The position numbers and the translations under genes are program-made. A stretch of DNA of 41,353 bases, taken from positions 1 to 41,353 of the forward strand of contig CAYVLA010000017.1 in assembly GCA_964452145.1 (NCBI GenBank), given 5' to 3'. Every line of letters begins with the position of its first letter. Positions within the stretch are counted from its first letter, which is position 1. Below the pieces are notes generated by a model. That model was not told the origin of the DNA, did not search any database, and was given only the letters and a program-made list of their open reading frames with translations. This DNA comes from Candidatus Hadarchaeota archaeon. GTDB taxonomy: Archaea > CAYQAE01 > CAYVLA01. Positions 1 to 11,389 of the stretch are shown here, one piece after another.

Positions 1-341
1 TGGGGCTGTCACTCTGGGCTTCTTCTGCGGAGTGTGATGGTTTCCCTATGCGCTGGATGGGCGGCTTTGTGGTGTGTCATCTATGTGCTCTGTGTGACGC
101 TGTTATCCTTGGTCCACTGGCAGCATCTGGATCGGATCTTCATGGTCTTGGCCGGCCTACGGCGGCAGGTCTCTGGAGTGGTAGGTCTTTCGGGTCGGAG
201 ACCTCTGCCTCTCCCCACGATGAGGACGATGACGATTCCCTACCTTAGGCTCGCTATGAAGATGTGTGCGAAATTTGTGGTGTGTTGATCAAAGCGGTTG
301 ACATGTTTGAGATTCAAAACGCTCTTTGAGCTCGGTGGGCA

Positions 342-660
342 ATGAGGCCTTCCACATCCCTCTTCATGGTGCTTCTTCTTCTCGTGCCGCAACCCATCCA
401 CTCAGCCGAGGATAGCACACCCGCCGTCCCGTCATGATGTGCGGTAACTACCTGGGAGGCAGTGAGACCTTGGGAACTGGGATATGGCCTACGACACCGC
501 CGTGGACTCCAAGGGAAATGCATGCGTCGTCTGCAGCACAAGCTCGGAGAGCTTCCCGGCAGAAGGGGGTGCTTGCAGTGCCTACCAAGGGGGCGGGACG
601 GATGCCTTCGTGGCCAAGCTCAACAGCTCCGGACGCGGCCTAGAGTGGGCAGAGGATCAG
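342..660 (+). pseudogene. Degraded secreted SBBP (beta-propeller) repeat protein remnant
   Basis: Signal-peptide-like ORF MRPSTSLFMVLLLLVPQPIHSAE (342-437, stops), then YLGGS in one frame and AYDTAVDSKGNACVVCSTSSESFP...GGTDAFVAKLNSSG..LEW in another; together these match one SBBP repeat broken by a stop and frameshifts. Confidence 0.6.
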
Positions 661-755
661 ATAGGTGGGTTGGCATCGGGGGAGCCCGGGATGCTCCCTG
701 TGTTCTTTGCGCCTGATTGTCTGCCCCATGCGGTGAATGGAAGAGAGGGACTTCT

Positions 756-2279
756 CTACCCTTCTCCCGCAGACTTGCTCTCTTCTTCATCCGCCTTCTT
801 CTCTTCCTTGCTCGGATATGGCCGGGTCGATTTGACCATCGAGCGCACTTCGGCAAGTGCTTCCTTGTGGGCGAGGACAAGCATGGTGTCACCTGCTCCG
901 ACAAGCGTTCCACCACTCGGAACAATGAATTCCTGGTTTCTGCGGATAAGAAGGATCAGAGCCCCTTTGGGAATGCCGATCTCCACGATCTGCTTGCCGA
1001 CTATGGCCGAATCCTTCGGGACCTCCAGCTCAACCATTTCGCTCTGGATCCCGCCCGTGGGCTCAAACTCCAATGGGTATCTGGGCTCGACAGGAATGGG
1101 TGCATCCACCCCAAGCCGTCTAGCAACCAGCGGAATCGAGGCCCCTTGCAGCAGGGCAGAGCTCAGCACGATGAAGAACACCATGTTGAAGATCGTCTCG
1201 GCCCCGCGGATGCCGGCGAGAAGCGGAAACGTTGCCAGAACGATTGGGACTGCCCCACGCAGTCCAACCCACGAAACCATGGCCTTCTCCCTGATGCTCA
1301 TCTTGGCCAGGGCTAGGGTGACGAATACGCTGATGGGACGGACGACAACCATCAAGAACACGGAAGCGAGCAGGCCCATCCATGCTATGGGAACGAGGCG
1401 CGACGGGAAGACCAACAGCCCCAGTGCGAGGAACATCGTAACCTGCATGAGCCAAGCCAAACCGTCATGAAAACGTGCCAGACTTCTTCTGTGGATGAAG
1501 CTGGCGTTGCCCATGACCAAGCCGACGACGTACACGGCCAGGAACCCGTTCCCACCGAGTGATGCGGTTGCCCCGTAGGCCAGAAGAACAAGCGAAATGG
1601 TCAACACGGGGTAGAGGCCCTCGTACTCAAGTTTCACGTGGTTGATGAGATGAACCATCCCCTTCGCCATTCCATAGCCCAGTACAACACCAAGAACCAT
1701 CTGCCAGACGAACATCGGAATCAGGCTGACCACAGAAACCGCCGGATCGGCGTAGAGACGGATGAGCCCCGCGGTGAGAAAGATGGCCATGGGATCATTG
1801 CTGCCGGATTCCAACTCCAGCAGCGGCTTCAACTCTCCTTTCAGCCTCACCTTCCTGGATCTCAACAAGGAGAAGACGGCCACGGCATCGGTTGACGACA
1901 CAACCGCGCCCAGCAGCAAACCCTCAAGCAAAGGAAAGCCGAGAACAGCCGTTGCAAATAACCCGACCAGCAATGCGGCAATCAACACTCCCAGAGTTGA
2001 GAGCGCAAGTCCTCTCCAAAGAACTGAGCGAACATCCGCCCAATGGGTGTCGAGGCCACCGGAGAAGAGAATGAACGTCAGGGCCACTACGCCAAGAGAC
2101 TGAGCCAGCCATGGATCGTCAAAGTCGATGCCGCCTAGACCTTCCGATCCCGCGAGCATCCCAACGAGAAGGAATACGAGGAGGGCTGGAACGCTCAGGC
2201 TGCCGAAAGCCTTGCTGGCCATGACGCTCAGGAGCAAGAGAATGGAGGCAACCAAGAGCAATGACTCTATCCCGATCAC
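756..2279 (-). CDS. cvrA: K+/H+ antiporter (NhaP2/CvrA type, CPA1) with C-terminal TrkA-C/RCK_C domain
   Basis: Many TM helices, motifs [34 protein letters not shown]-terminal RCK_C ([10 protein letters not shown]). Confidence 0.92.
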   Translation of the reverse strand: MIGIESLLLVASILLLLSVMASKAFGSLSVPALLVFLLVGMLAGSEGLGGIDFDDPWLAQSLGVVALTFILFSGGLDTHWADVRSVLWRGLALSTLGVLIAALLVGLFATAVLGFPLLEGLLLGAVVSSTDAVAVFSLLRSRKVRLKGELKPLLELESGSNDPMAIFLTAGLIRLYADPAVSVVSLIPMFVWQMVLGVVLGYGMAKGMVHLINHVKLEYEGLYPVLTISLVLLAYGATASLGGNGFLAVYVVGLVMGNASFIHRRSLARFHDGLAWLMQVTMFLALGLLVFPSRLVPIAWMGLLASVFLMVVVRPISVFVTLALAKMSIREKAMVSWVGLRGAVPIVLATFPLLAGIRGAETIFNMVFFIVLSSALLQGASIPLVARRLGVDAPIPVEPRYPLEFEPTGGIQSEMVELEVPKDSAIVGKQIVEIGIPKGALILLIRRNQEFIVPSGGTLVGAGDTMLVLAHKEALAEVRSMVKSTRPYPSKEEKKADEEESKSAGEG

Positions 2280-2449
2280 GACAAGTCCTGCCTATCTCAA
2301 GACCTCAACCTTCGACCGTTCCTATGGTCCCTGGCCCTGCTGCGGAAAAGCAGTCCATTGCCACCGTCCGACGGGGCACGGGGAGGGAACGCACAAGTCG
2401 GGGCCCTTCCCGAGACATCGGTTTACCAACCAAGCGAAGGCCCCAGGGC

Positions 2450-2662
2450 CTACTTCGTGGATCGCGGCTGGATATACTCGCCCTTCTTCCTCTTCTCCCC
2501 CTTCTCCTTCTGGTACATGCCCGGGAGCTTCTTGGCCTCCTCGGGGCTTGCGAACTTGAATCGAACTGCAGACCCGCACTTCGGGCATCGCGCATCGCCC
2601 GGATCCATTCTGAGATTGCATTTGAAGCAGTAGGGTATCGCGATCACGGTGGCAACCTCCAT
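2450..2662 (-). CDS. Small zinc-ribbon protein
   Basis: CFKC-x9-CPKCG, basic tail; ATG at 2662 chosen over the longer ORF start at 2707. Confidence 0.6.
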   Translation of the reverse strand: MEVATVIAIPYCFKCNLRMDPGDARCPKCGSAVRFKFASPEEAKKLPGMYQKEKGEKRKKGEYIQPRSTK

Positions 2663-2784
2663 TGATATGTCAGCGGCCGAAGAAGATAATGGTTTCGCAA
2701 CAGGCAACCGGCAACAGCTGACCGGCAGATCATGGCCGTGGCGCCTCTCAGATCTCTAAGAAGGAACGTACGGCGGATGCGTCG

Positions 2785-3276
2785 TCACTCCTTGGGCCTC
2801 GTCATCAAGACGGCGTCCTCTCCATCGCTGTAGTAGCCGTGGAGTATGCCACCTTCGCTGAAACCGGCACCGCGGTACATCTCGATGGCGAGCCGGTTGC
2901 TGACCCGCACCTCTAAGCGCAATTCGCTGGCGCCATTCTCCCAAAGAACCTCCATCGTTCGTGCCAGCAGCTGCTTTCCTATCCCCCTTCTGCGGAATTC
3001 AGGCTCCACAGCGACAGACATTATATGGCCGATCTTCTTCACCGCAAAGCCGCGGAGGTCAAGCTTCCTGAGAATCCTGGACATGGCATACCCCACAACG
3101 CGGCCCCCGTGATCGGCGACGAGGAAGGCATAACGGTGTTCGTTGTAGAACTCCCTGAACACCGAGACCGTGTAAGGAAGCACGAAGGACCTCCGATTGA
3201 TGCCGACGACTTCTTGAAGGTCCCCCGATTCGACCTTCCTAACACGGATTCTCAGGGCACCTGAAAGGGATGACAC
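2785..3276 (-). CDS. rimI: GNAT N-terminal acetyltransferase (RimI/Ard1 family)
   Basis: GHIMSVAVEPEFRRRGIG, LEVRVSN..AI.MY, YYSDGEDA; GTG 3276 chosen to avoid overlap with the upstream gene. Confidence 0.9.
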   Translation of the reverse strand: MSSLSGALRIRVRKVESGDLQEVVGINRRSFVLPYTVSVFREFYNEHRYAFLVADHGGRVVGYAMSRILRKLDLRGFAVKKIGHIMSVAVEPEFRRRGIGKQLLARTMEVLWENGASELRLEVRVSNRLAIEMYRGAGFSEGGILHGYYSDGEDAVLMTRPKE

Positions 3277-3295
3277 GGACAGTCCCGGTATCCCC

Positions 3296-4168
3296 TCAGT
3301 GAAGCTCCCTGTCGCCGGCTTTGCCAACGACTTCCTCAGCGCTGATCCTCTCCTCGGTAACCTTGCCATCAGTTAGGTAGAGGACCCTGTCGGCCCACTC
3401 GGCAATCTTGATGTCGTGGGTGGTGATAAGGAACGTGACCCTCTTCTCCTCATTCAGCCTCTTCATCAGCTGGACGATCATCCTGCCCGTTCCTGAATCC
3501 AGGTTCCCCGTGGGCTCATCAGCGAGTACTATGGAGGGATCGTTGGCTAGAGCCCTTGCGATCGCCACCCGCTGCCGCTGTCCGCCACTGAGCTGGGAGG
3601 GCTTGTGGTGAAGCCTATCCGCAAGGCCCACCGTTTCAAGAAGCCTCATAGCCCTCGCCCGCCTCTCATCCTCACCAAGCTTCTCGACGGTTTCGAACAT
3701 CATGGGAAGCTCGACGTTCTCCAGAGCCGACAGGACGGGGACGAGGTTGAAGAACTGGAAGACGAACCCGATCTTCTTTCGTCTGACGGTGGGGAGGATT
3801 GAGAACTCGCTCCCGAGAAAGCCTCTGGTTATGTCTATCCCGTCGATGAAGACCCGGCCACGGGTGGGCCTTGACAGCCCGCCCAACAGGCTCAAGAGCG
3901 TCGATTTCCCCGAACCCGATGGTCCCAGTATCGCCATGAACTCCCCGCGTCGGACCTGGATGCTTATGCCATCCACGGCCCGAACAGTGCTGGCCCCGAT
4001 CTGATAGACCTTCTCCAGATCATAGCCTTCGATGACCCACCTGAACCTCCGCTCCCTTCCGGCCTCGATTCTTGCACGTCTCTCGGCGGCCACCTCCGGC
4101 TTGGACCGTTCCTCGGCGCCCGTCGTGGTCGTGGCTACCCTGTGCCTTCGGACTACCTCACCACTCAT
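3296..4168 (-). CDS. ABC transporter ATP-binding protein (LolD/MacB type)
   Basis: Walker [35 protein letters not shown]-loop. Confidence 0.93.
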   Translation of the reverse strand: MSGEVVRRHRVATTTTGAEERSKPEVAAERRARIEAGRERRFRWVIEGYDLEKVYQIGASTVRAVDGISIQVRRGEFMAILGPSGSGKSTLLSLLGGLSRPTRGRVFIDGIDITRGFLGSEFSILPTVRRKKIGFVFQFFNLVPVLSALENVELPMMFETVEKLGEDERRARAMRLLETVGLADRLHHKPSQLSGGQRQRVAIARALANDPSIVLADEPTGNLDSGTGRMIVQLMKRLNEEKRVTFLITTHDIKIAEWADRVLYLTDGKVTEERISAEEVVGKAGDRELH

Positions 4169-4760
4169 AGTACAGCGCCTCCTCTGGGTCCATCCCGGCC
4201 GCCCGCCTGGACGGCACGAAACCAGCTAGCCCCGCCAGTAGGACGGCGAGGACTATCCCCAAAGGTATGAGAGGCCACGCAAAGGAGGCGACGATGGACG
4301 ACGTTGCAGCGCGCAGGTTCTCGGGCAGAAGGAAGACGTTCCTGAACCATATCAGCAGAAGGCCCACGAAGGAGCCCACAATGCCTCCCAGGGTCCCTAA
4401 CAGAAGCGACTCCGTCAAGAAGATCTTCATGACCGACGATCCCGAGAAACCCAGAGCCTTCATGATGCCTATCTCCCTGGTTCTCTGCGTAACCGACATG
4501 AACATCGTGCTTGTGACGCCAACGGTTGCCACGCTTAGGATGACCACCATCTGGACTATGTGATACGGTTCCAGCCCCGCCTCCTCCGCCAAGTCGGTCA
4601 AGTTAGCCGTTGCATTGCCGCTATATGTGCCCCCGAACCCCATTATTATGTACATAACGTAGAGGAAGAAGGCTACCCCGACCATTATCCCAATGATCGT
4701 GAGGCTGGCCGAGAAGGCCCTCCGCTTGATATTCCTATATGCGATCTTGAAATCTCCCAT
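4158..4760 (-). CDS. FtsX/MacB-like ABC permease (short, about 4 TM)
   Basis: Motifs SV.QRTREIGIMKALG and PSRRAA.MDP.EAL; overlaps the ATPase start. Confidence 0.88.
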   Translation of the reverse strand: MGDFKIAYRNIKRRAFSASLTIIGIMVGVAFFLYVMYIIMGFGGTYSGNATANLTDLAEEAGLEPYHIVQMVVILSVATVGVTSTMFMSVTQRTREIGIMKALGFSGSSVMKIFLTESLLLGTLGGIVGSFVGLLLIWFRNVFLLPENLRAATSSIVASFAWPLIPLGIVLAVLLAGLAGFVPSRRAAGMDPEEALYYEW

Positions 4761-4918
4761 GCTAGGACCTCTCCTGCAGAAGCCGGCAGAGCCTTATATC
4801 CGCGTTAAAGTGTCGCGGCTTACTTGGCATATAAAAATGAATGCCTTTTCCTTTTCACTTTCGTTCCTGTCAGGCCGGGATAGGTTCCCTTCCCAACGAG
4901 CTTCCTTGGTCCTCTTTG

Positions 4919-6133
4919 TCAAAGGCTGTTCGACTTCGTCGCAGCCTCCATGATCGCACGATGGACCTTCGGGAACTCCAGGCCGGTCCTTCTGCAGATC
5001 TCAACAACCGATGAGTACTCCGGCTTGAGTGAGAGCACCCGGCCATCCCGGCCCATTCCCACCTTGAGCTTCGCTTCGAACGACGCTCCCTCCAGATCGA
5101 CCGTGACCGACCTGACCGCGCGCCGAAGCTTCCTCCGCTCGACGTCCCTGTTGATCCGGGCGCCCAAAGACCCGGTCTGGGCCAACAGCATGTCGCACAG
5201 GCCGTCGCTCTCATTCCGAGTCGCAATGACCCGGATGAGATGGCCGGGACGACCCTTCTTCATCACACAGGGGAGAATCCCAACGTCAAGTGCACCCGCT
5301 TTGAGCAATCGCTCCGTGACGAAGCCGAGGGCCTCGGGCGTGACATCGTCAACGCTGGTCTCTAAGACGTCCACCAGATCTCCAACCGGTGCTGGTGTCA
5401 GGCCTCGGACAACCCTCGTGGCATTCAGGAAGCCGCCCTGATCCGAGCCGGCGCCCCAGCCGACATCGATCGGCACAAGGTCCATGCGATCCAGGAAGTG
5501 TTCGACCAGATTAACAAGCAGGGCCGCCCCCGTCGGGGTCGTCAGCTCCCGATCGCCGCCCAGCACGACCGGGACGTCCTTCAGGATCTCCAGGGTCGCC
5601 GGAGCCGGGACCGGGTAGGTGCCATGCGAGAAAACGACGTGCCCTCCCCCCAGTGCAACCCGCGTGGAATACGACTCGGCCTTATCCAGCCCCAAGGCCC
5701 TCCAAGCAGCCAGGCAACCAACTATATCGGCCACCGCATCCACCCGCCCGACCTCATGAAGGTGGGGATGGTCCATCCCTCTCCTACCGTGGACTTTGGA
5801 CTCGGCCGAGACCAGCGTTTCCAGCACCTTGGCGGATGTTCTCCTTATCCATGGATCGGAGGATCGACCGAAGCAATCGGCCATATCGATCTCCGTCGAG
5901 GGGTCGGTTATCCTGAAGTCCACCTTGGTGCACACTATTGACGCGCGCTTGACCTTGGCAAGCTCCATGCTCACATCGGCCGCTGCCTGGGTGCAACGCT
6001 TTATCTCCGTCCGTACCTTTCCCTGGTCGGCTCCCAGGTCGATGAGTGCTGCGAGCAACATATCCCCCGAAACGCCCGCATGATGACAGTCGATGAGGAC
6101 GGCGTCCGCGTTGCGGCGACCCCGGTACGGCAT
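4919..6133 (-). CDS. larC: Nickel pincer cofactor biosynthesis protein LarC (DUF111)
   Basis: [57 protein letters not shown]; start uncertain (6133 or 6175). Confidence 0.9.
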   Translation of the reverse strand: MPYRGRRNADAVLIDCHHAGVSGDMLLAALIDLGADQGKVRTEIKRCTQAAADVSMELAKVKRASIVCTKVDFRITDPSTEIDMADCFGRSSDPWIRRTSAKVLETLVSAESKVHGRRGMDHPHLHEVGRVDAVADIVGCLAAWRALGLDKAESYSTRVALGGGHVVFSHGTYPVPAPATLEILKDVPVVLGGDRELTTPTGAALLVNLVEHFLDRMDLVPIDVGWGAGSDQGGFLNATRVVRGLTPAPVGDLVDVLETSVDDVTPEALGFVTERLLKAGALDVGILPCVMKKGRPGHLIRVIATRNESDGLCDMLLAQTGSLGARINRDVERRKLRRAVRSVTVDLEGASFEAKLKVGMGRDGRVLSLKPEYSSVVEICRRTGLEFPKVHRAIMEAATKSNSL

Positions 6134-6206
6134 GCTCGGAATATCAGGAATACCGATAAATAGCTTTTCCGGCATATCGAGAGTGAATGGTCACGGAGGA
6201 CCAGCC

Positions 6207-8477
6207 TTGCTGAATGCCACCGAGGTGAGCCTCAGAGTAGCGGAGGTCAAGACAGGAGATGCCGGAAAGGGCATCGTCTGGCTGGACCCGGAGGCAACGA
6301 AGCGCCTGTCGCTCTCCACAGGGGACGTCGTCCAGATATCGGGGAAGAAATCCACCGTCGCCATCGTGGGAGAGCCTCTGCCATCGGATCGAAAGCTCCG
6401 AACCATAAGGATGGATGGCCTGACGCGGGTCAATGCCGGCGTCGGCCTGGGTGAGAGCGTCAAGGTCGAGAAGGTCATCCCAAAGGAGGCAAGGAAGATC
6501 ATCCTTGCTCCCGTCGATCGAACCATCAAGCCCGGCTCAGCGCAGAGCCTGAGGAATTCGCTGCTTGGCCGAGCCCTTGTTCAAGGCGACGTGCTGACTC
6601 CGATCAGCCTGAGGAGGAAGCAAGAAACCGTACGGGAGATGCCGAACCTTTTCGACTGGTTCTTCGGGGACCTGCAGACGGGGGGTCCGGCCCAGTATGG
6701 TTTGGCCGAGCTGCAGTTCAGGGTCATAAGCACCCTTCCCAGAGGCTCCGTCAGGGTCACGAACAGCACCCTCGTGGATATCAGGGCTGAGCCCACGGAA
6801 ACCGGCGAAGGGACCATGCTGGTGGTCACCTACGACGACATCGGCGGACTCAAAGAGGAAATCAACCGGGTCAGGGAGATGATAGAGCTTCCGCTGAGAC
6901 ACCCGGAGGTCTTCGACAGGCTTGGGATCGAGCCGCCCAAGGGAGTCCTGCTCTTCGGCCCGCCCGGAACCGGGAAGACCCTGATCGCTAGAGCGGTCGC
7001 GAGCGAAGCGGATGCGTACTTCATCTCCATCACCGGTCCCGAGATAATGAGCAAGTTTTACGGGGAGTCGGAGAAGAGGATAAGGGATCTCTTCAAGGAA
7101 GCCGAACAGAATGCCCCCAGCATAGTATTCATCGATGAGTTGGACGCAATCGCACCCAAACGGGAGGAGGTCACCGGCGAGGTCGAGAGAAGGGTCGTGG
7201 CCCAGATACTCTCCCTGATGGACGGGCTGAAGAGCCGAGGGAAGATCGTCGTGATAGGTGCCACCAATCGCGAGAATGCTCTCGACCCGGCCATAAGGCG
7301 TCCGGGCAGGTTCGACAGGGAGATTGAGATCGGCGTGCCCGATAGGCAGGGACGAAAGGAGATCCTCCAAATACATACACGCGGCATGCCCCTAACCGAG
7401 GACGTGAACCTGGACGATCTGGCTGATAGGACGCATGGATTCGTCGGGGCCGATCTGGAGGCGGTGTGCAAGGAGGCGGCCATGTGCGCTCTGCGACGCG
7501 TACTCCCGCAGATAAACCTGGAGGAGCAGATCATACCTCCGCACGTCCTGGAGAAACTCATAGTCATCAGGGAGGATTTCGAATCGTCTTTGAAGTCCGT
7601 TGAGCCCTCGGCGTTGAGAGAGGTTCTGATCGAGATTCCGCGGGTGACCTGGGACGACATAGGGGGCATGAAGGAGATCAAGCAGGAGTTGAAGGAAGCA
7701 ATAGAGTGGCCTCTGAAGTACCCTGAGACGTTCAAGAGGATGGGCATAACCCCGCCCAAAGGCATCATGCTGTTTGGCCCGCCCGGAACCGGGAAGACGC
7801 TCGTGGCAAAGGCCGTGGCTAGCGAGAGCAATGCGAACTTCATCTGCATCAAGGGGCCCTCCGTTCTGTCTAAGTGGGTTGGTGAGTCTGAGAAGGCAAT
7901 AAGGGAGACCTTCAGGAAGGCCAGACAGGCGGCTCCATCGATAGTGTTCCTGGACGAGCTTGACGCCATATGTCCCCGAAGGGGCATCTCGGCCGACTCC
8001 CATGTTAGCGAGAGGATGGTCACCCAGCTTCTCAGCGAACTGGATGGCCTAGAGGAGCTGAAGGACGTCGTAGTCATAGTTGCGACAAACAGGCCCGACA
8101 TAATCGACACCGCCCTCTTGCGGCCAGGCAGGATCGATAGACAGCTGTTGATAGGGGTGCCAACCAAGGAGGAGAGGGAGGAGATCCTGAGGATTCACAC
8201 CAGGGGCATGCCTTTGGATCACGATGTCGGCATCGAGGAGTTGAGCAGGAGGACCGAGGGATACGTGGGCTCGGATCTGGAAAGCGTCTGCAGGGAATCG
8301 GCGATGCTGGCCTTACGGGAGGATCGGGGTGCCCAGAAGGTCAGGGCCAGGCATTTCGAGGCTGCCCTGGCAAAGGTGGGCCCCAGCGTGACCCCGGAGA
8401 TCATGAACATGTACCGAAGGATTGGCGGCAACTTCGCGAGGCAGTACTCCAGGGAGATTCTGGAGTACACAAGATAG
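6207..8477 (+). CDS. cdc48: CDC48/VCP AAA+ ATPase
   Basis: N-domain plus two AAA modules (GPPGTGKT twice, FIDELD/FLDELD, RRPGRFD); TTG 6207 preceded by GGAGGA. Confidence 0.96.
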   Translation: MLNATEVSLRVAEVKTGDAGKGIVWLDPEATKRLSLSTGDVVQISGKKSTVAIVGEPLPSDRKLRTIRMDGLTRVNAGVGLGESVKVEKVIPKEARKIILAPVDRTIKPGSAQSLRNSLLGRALVQGDVLTPISLRRKQETVREMPNLFDWFFGDLQTGGPAQYGLAELQFRVISTLPRGSVRVTNSTLVDIRAEPTETGEGTMLVVTYDDIGGLKEEINRVREMIELPLRHPEVFDRLGIEPPKGVLLFGPPGTGKTLIARAVASEADAYFISITGPEIMSKFYGESEKRIRDLFKEAEQNAPSIVFIDELDAIAPKREEVTGEVERRVVAQILSLMDGLKSRGKIVVIGATNRENALDPAIRRPGRFDREIEIGVPDRQGRKEILQIHTRGMPLTEDVNLDDLADRTHGFVGADLEAVCKEAAMCALRRVLPQINLEEQIIPPHVLEKLIVIREDFESSLKSVEPSALREVLIEIPRVTWDDIGGMKEIKQELKEAIEWPLKYPETFKRMGITPPKGIMLFGPPGTGKTLVAKAVASESNANFICIKGPSVLSKWVGESEKAIRETFRKARQAAPSIVFLDELDAICPRRGISADSHVSERMVTQLLSELDGLEELKDVVVIVATNRPDIIDTALLRPGRIDRQLLIGVPTKEEREEILRIHTRGMPLDHDVGIEELSRRTEGYVGSDLESVCRESAMLALREDRGAQKVRARHFEAALAKVGPSVTPEIMNMYRRIGGNFARQYSREILEYTR

Positions 8478-8652
8478 CTCGCATGACCGCCTCTCTGCGG
8501 TTACTCAAGCCAATGCAGCGTCAGAGCCACAGACGCATTGACACAGAGCCGCCAAGCAGCGAACAGCGAACCGCCGCGGCGCGAACCACGAAATAGATAT
8601 AAGGAGAGAGGGAGCTTCTCTGAAAAGAGGCCGAGCCCGGGGGAATCCCACG

Positions 8653-8916
8653 ATGGCTAACATAATGGCAAGCAAGCTCCGTGACAAGGAAGTCGTGACC
8701 GACAGCGGGGTCAGGGTGGGCGAGCTCTACGATATCTCCATGAGCGAGAAGACGGGGGAGCTCATAGCCCTGATAGTGCGCCCCTTCAAAGAAGAGAAGA
8801 TGGCGAACATGCTCCATGACTCGGACGGAAACGTTGTCATTCCGTACAACGCCGTCCAGGTCGTCAAGGAGTTCATAATCGTCGACGAGCGCAAGATTCC
8901 CCAGAAGCGGAAGTAG
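8653..8916 (+). CDS. PRC-barrel domain protein (CdpB-like cell-division accessory candidate)
   Basis: ASKLRDKEVVTDSG..VGELYDI...TGEL...IPYNAV..VKEFIIV is a stand-alone PRC barrel; TATA-like GATATAAG near 8597. Confidence 0.85.
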   Translation: MANIMASKLRDKEVVTDSGVRVGELYDISMSEKTGELIALIVRPFKEEKMANMLHDSDGNVVIPYNAVQVVKEFIIVDERKIPQKRK

Positions 8917-8919
8917 TCC

Positions 8920-9342
8920 TCAGTTCTCGTGGACTGCGCTGGTCCCGATGACCCGGATCACCACATCCCTGTTCCTGGGTCTGACATCTAGCTCAACCAA
9001 GAACACCGATTGCCAGGTTCCCATCTCAAGCGTGCCGTTCCTGACGGGGATGGTCTCGCTGGGGCCCAGCGCCATGGCCCGCACATGGCTTCTTGCATTG
9101 TCCCCGTGCCTGTAGGGCCCCGAATCCGGCGCCATGCGGGCGATGGCATCCCGGAAGTCCTGTATGATGTTTCTCTCGTTCTCGTTGACGACTATGGCCG
9201 CCGTCGCACCAGGAACAAAAACGGTCACGATCCCGTTCTTGACCTTGGAGTCTTTCACGATCCTGCGGATTTCCTTGGTGATGTCGATGAAATCCAGCTC
9301 ACCCGAGCTTCTGGCCGTCAGCCTTTCACAGAATACGACCAT
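8920..9342 (-). CDS. yjbQ: YjbQ/UPF0047 family protein
   Basis: DITKEI, GATAAIVVNENE, HGDNARSH, GTWQSVFLVELD. Confidence 0.9.
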   Translation of the reverse strand: MVVFCERLTARSSGELDFIDITKEIRRIVKDSKVKNGIVTVFVPGATAAIVVNENERNIIQDFRDAIARMAPDSGPYRHGDNARSHVRAMALGPSETIPVRNGTLEMGTWQSVFLVELDVRPRNRDVVIRVIGTSAVHEN

Positions 9343-9347
9343 GGGGG

Positions 9348-10448
9348 TCAGCTCCTCAGCCAGCTCAAGAGCTGGTTGAAGGACTCGATCCTGCTTGGGT
9401 ATATCTTCGGAGGGCTCTTGAAGTAGAAGGCGTTGGGCTCGACGGGTACGTAGTCCTTCTTCTCTTTGGCAATGGGCACGAGCCGTATCAGATCCGCTGC
9501 AAGCACGGACGCGCTTGGGCTGTCACTGATCTCGGCCGTGACCGTCAGACTGTTGATCGTGCCCGCGAAGGTCCTGTAGATGATGTTGAGGTAGAGGTGC
9601 TTGGTGTCGGGATCTAGGATGGGCGTCCCCCTGGTCGCCGGGTCCCTGCCCATGGTGGGGGGGATGTATTGGATCCCTATGTAGCTGGGCACGTCCATGC
9701 CGGGGAAGGCGACGTCTATGATCCTGGATTTGGATTCCTTCTTCGCGATTCCTCTGGACTGCGACTCGGAGAGCGACTTGAAGTCGCTGTTGCTTGCATA
9801 CTGCCATTGAGCGATGTTGAGGGGGACTCTGGCATGCTGGGACAGATGGGCGAGAAGATCGTGGGTAAGGGGGGTGGCCCCACTGGCGAAGTCGTTTCCG
9901 AATAGGACAGCCTTCTTCTCCTTGGCCAGGTAGTCGTATTCCTCGTCCCCGGCGATCTTGGTGGGGATGCCGTTGATGACGCTGACGCCCTCTTGCAGGG
10001 CATAGAGGGCGTAGACCTTGCTGCTGGTCAAGGCAGCCTGGGGCTCGGTCGTCGAAGAGATCAGCAACACATCGATGTCCTTCATCCTGCTACGCAGGTA
10101 CTCCTCCGTCTCGCCCTTCTCCATATCGTCCCAGATGGAGGATATGTTTCTGACGACGTGGTCGGGCTCGAGACAGACGCCGCGCTGTATGACGACATCG
10201 GTGTAGTCCTCCTCGGGTATGCCGGGGTAGTAGGAGCGTGCTACCTCGGAGACGGTCCTGCCGATCTTCGCGCTATCTATCTCGAACGCGAGCCTGAGCT
10301 CGATGTCCGACAGGGGGATGGGGATTTCATCCCTCATGGGACTGGTCAGGCAGGTCCAGACCTCTTTTCCTCTTCTGCTGAGCGACAATCCGTGAAGGAG
10401 ACACGAAGCCAGATACCCTACTCCAACGACTCCAAGTCTGATCGTCAT
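9348..10448 (-). CDS. ino1: myo-inositol-1-phosphate synthase-like protein (divergent)
   Basis: Rossmann GVVGVG, GND..SGAT, NSDF, KKESKS, D.K, DSP, FKSPP motifs; ATG 10448 downstream of a TTTAATA box. Confidence 0.78.
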   Translation of the reverse strand: MTIRLGVVGVGYLASCLLHGLSLSRRGKEVWTCLTSPMRDEIPIPLSDIELRLAFEIDSAKIGRTVSEVARSYYPGIPEEDYTDVVIQRGVCLEPDHVVRNISSIWDDMEKGETEEYLRSRMKDIDVLLISSTTEPQAALTSSKVYALYALQEGVSVINGIPTKIAGDEEYDYLAKEKKAVLFGNDFASGATPLTHDLLAHLSQHARVPLNIAQWQYASNSDFKSLSESQSRGIAKKESKSRIIDVAFPGMDVPSYIGIQYIPPTMGRDPATRGTPILDPDTKHLYLNIIYRTFAGTINSLTVTAEISDSPSASVLAADLIRLVPIAKEKKDYVPVEPNAFYFKSPPKIYPSRIESFNQLLSWLRS

Positions 10449-10509
10449 CGGGCGTACCTTCCAAGCCCACGTAGGGCGAGCCGATATTAAAGGGTATTTG
10501 ATTCCGCAT

Positions 10510-11295
10510 TCATCCCAGTAGATGGCCAATCGACGGAGCGACCACATCTGGTCTGATCCCTCTTGGGATCACCTTCTCCTCCGCGGTGACGCCCGAGAGC
10601 ACAAGCACGGTTACCATGCCCACCTTCCTGCCCCCGATGATGTCAGTCTCAACGCGGTCCCCTATCACAGCCGTCCTGTGGGCGGGAATGCCCAGGATCT
10701 CGGAGCACATGCTGAAGATCCGCCTGCTCGGCTTACCCATGTTGATAGGGGCCCTGCCGGATGCCGTGCGGACGGCGGCCACGATGCTGCCTGCGCCCGG
10801 TAGCAGCCCTTCCTCGGTCGGGTAGGTTGCATCCTGGTTCGTGGATATGAATCGGGCCCCCGAACGGATGGCCTGGCTCGCCAGGCTGAGCTTGGCGTAG
10901 GTGAAATGCCGGTCCATGCCGACGACCACGAAGTCGGCTGGAGGCTCCTTGACCAGGCAGAAAACCCCCTCGCTCAACTCGCTTCTAAGCCCGTCCTCTC
11001 CGACCACCAGGAGATCCGCCCCGCTGGCTTTCGCCATTAGATGACGGCATGTGGCATACGCAGAGGTTACGATCTGGTCCCGAGTGACTGGAATGCCGAG
11101 ACCCTGCAGGGTCTCGGCGTACTGATCCCTGGATCTGCTGGAGTTGTTTGTCAGGAAGAGGTAGCTCCTTCCGAGCGAGCGCAGATGGTCTATGAACTCC
11201 AGAGCCCCCGGGATCAGGGTGCTCCTGAGGTAGATCACCCCGTCAAGATCCATTATGAATCCCTCGCATCGCTTCAGTGGCTGAATGAGTTCCAT
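10510..11295 (-). CDS. HAD-IIA (NagD-like) phosphatase
   Basis: DLDGVIY, LTNNS, GKPS, IGDRVETDI, VLSGVT. Confidence 0.92.
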   Translation of the reverse strand: MELIQPLKRCEGFIMDLDGVIYLRSTLIPGALEFIDHLRSLGRSYLFLTNNSSRSRDQYAETLQGLGIPVTRDQIVTSAYATCRHLMAKASGADLLVVGEDGLRSELSEGVFCLVKEPPADFVVVGMDRHFTYAKLSLASQAIRSGARFISTNQDATYPTEEGLLPGAGSIVAAVRTASGRAPINMGKPSRRIFSMCSEILGIPAHRTAVIGDRVETDIIGGRKVGMVTVLVLSGVTAEEKVIPRGIRPDVVAPSIGHLLG

Positions 11296-11389
11296 CCGAC
11301 CATCTACTCACTTACGGGTTGATGTCTGTTTGCGTCCCGCCGATCTATCGGAGAAGATATTTTTATTTACTCTTTTCCGGGATGAACCG

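Noticed and set aside
484..1470. 328-aa plus-strand ORF
   Set aside because: Only the first about 55 aa are SBBP-like; the rest is antisense shadow of the antiporter
2285..2445. Riboswitch upstream of the K+/H+ antiporter
   Set aside because: GC-rich, but no fluoride or c-di-AMP riboswitch consensus recognisable
6537..8167. Long minus-strand ORFs (279, 369, 203 aa)
   Set aside because: Antisense shadows of cdc48, typical of GC-rich coding DNA
8500..8590. Short repeats (CAGAGCC x2, GCGAAC x3) as a CRISPR or regulatory array
   Set aside because: Too short and irregular; no repeat-spacer periodicity and no cas genes
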